Source: a virus
Taxonomy: Duplodnaviria; Caudoviricetes
Virus record (IMG/VR): IMGVR_UViG_3300005611_000079
Location: 1 to 37,897 of that record
Reading direction: 5' to 3' (one strand)
DNA length: 37,897 bases
Positions 37,486 to 37,897 of the stretch are shown piece after piece. The first letter of the stretch is position 1, and each line of letters begins with the position of its first letter. The notes under the pieces were generated by a model. The model had not been told where the DNA came from, made no database searches, and saw nothing but the letters and a program-made list of their open reading frames with translations. A program made the position numbers and the translations under genes.

Positions 37486-37791
37486 ATGGCAACATTAGAG
37501 GAATTTCAAGCAGAATGTAGATCTGAACTTCAAGCTCTTAGAGATGGAGATGGTATCTTTAAACAAGTTAACAATGAAAGATTACCTATTTCTGATGATG
37601 ATTTTGAGCAGATGGTTATTGATTGTGCTAATGGTAAATTTGATGAGCAAGAAAATGGTTGGCTCAAAAATAGATTAGAACATTATCCATCAGTTCAAGA
37701 GTGTATTCATGCTTTATTAGATGGTGGAGATACTCTCACAGATCTACAACTTGCAAGACAATTAGTCAAAGATACTTATCCAAAGCCATAA
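37486..37791 (+). CDS. Hypothetical protein (possible fibre-assembly helper)
   Basis: AGGAG SD; R...YPS..E..HAL...VK..YPKP ending recalled from small genes next to aquatic phage fibres. Confidence 0.65.
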   Translation: MATLEEFQAECRSELQALRDGDGIFKQVNNERLPISDDDFEQMVIDCANGKFDEQENGWLKNRLEHYPSVQECIHALLDGGDTLTDLQLARQLVKDTYPKP

Positions 37792-37837
37792 ATTTGTCAT
37801 ATAAAGCAACTATCCTAGACTTATAGGAGGTTGAATA

Positions 37838-37897
37838 ATGAAATCATTAACTCAATACTCAGAACAGCAGGGCAAAAGACCAACAGGGCAATTTGCT
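37838..37897 (+). CDS. 5' end of next gene (MKSLTQYSEQQGKRPTGQFA...), truncated by window edge
   Basis: AGGAGG SD upstream; frame open to the edge. Confidence 0.65.
   Translation, partial: MKSLTQYSEQQGKRPTGQFA

Larger units (their letters stand above)
1..37897 (+). mobile_element. Tailed phage (siphovirus-like, HK97-type head): packaging, head and tail module
   Basis: Canonical order TerS-HNH-TerL-portal-protease-capsid-connectors-tail tube-chaperone-tape measure-tip-fibres, all on +, with many TAATG/ATGA overlaps. No host genes, integrase or sheath gene seen. Confidence 0.97.

Noticed and set aside
1-37897. Stop-codon reassignment
   Set aside because: Genes are intact in the standard code, and TAA, TAG and TGA all end genes at sensible boundaries.

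Overview
The window is the packaging and virion-morphogenesis half of an AT-rich tailed phage with a siphovirus layout and an HK97-type head; every credible gene is on the + strand. Gene order: TerS-like gene, ~1 kb structured non-coding region, HNH, TerL, a very long multi-domain portal, prohead protease, major capsid, head-tail adaptor, an inserted three-gene cassette (HTH/Zn-finger protein, FmdB-like Zn ribbon, degenerate AIPR-like protein), stopper, oversized basic neck protein, tail terminator, tail tube, tail chaperones with a -1 frameshift, tape measure, tail-tip and fibre genes (including a 2306-aa repeat protein) and small fibre-associated paralogs. Actinophage-like protein motifs, near-leaderless promoters and low GC suggest a low-GC marine actinobacterial host (inference). 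Best leads: (1) the AIPR-like cassette, which lacks the family's conserved motif residues; (2) a ~500-aa portal extension that looks like a protease-cleavable cargo polyprotein; (3) a divergent antisense-RNA/structured-RNA pair and an anti-Shine-Dalgarno hairpin RNA upstream of the terminase operon; (4) GATGC avoidance that stops abruptly near position 30,000 inside the giant fibre gene. Family assignments come from recalled motifs, not database searches, and counts are manual.
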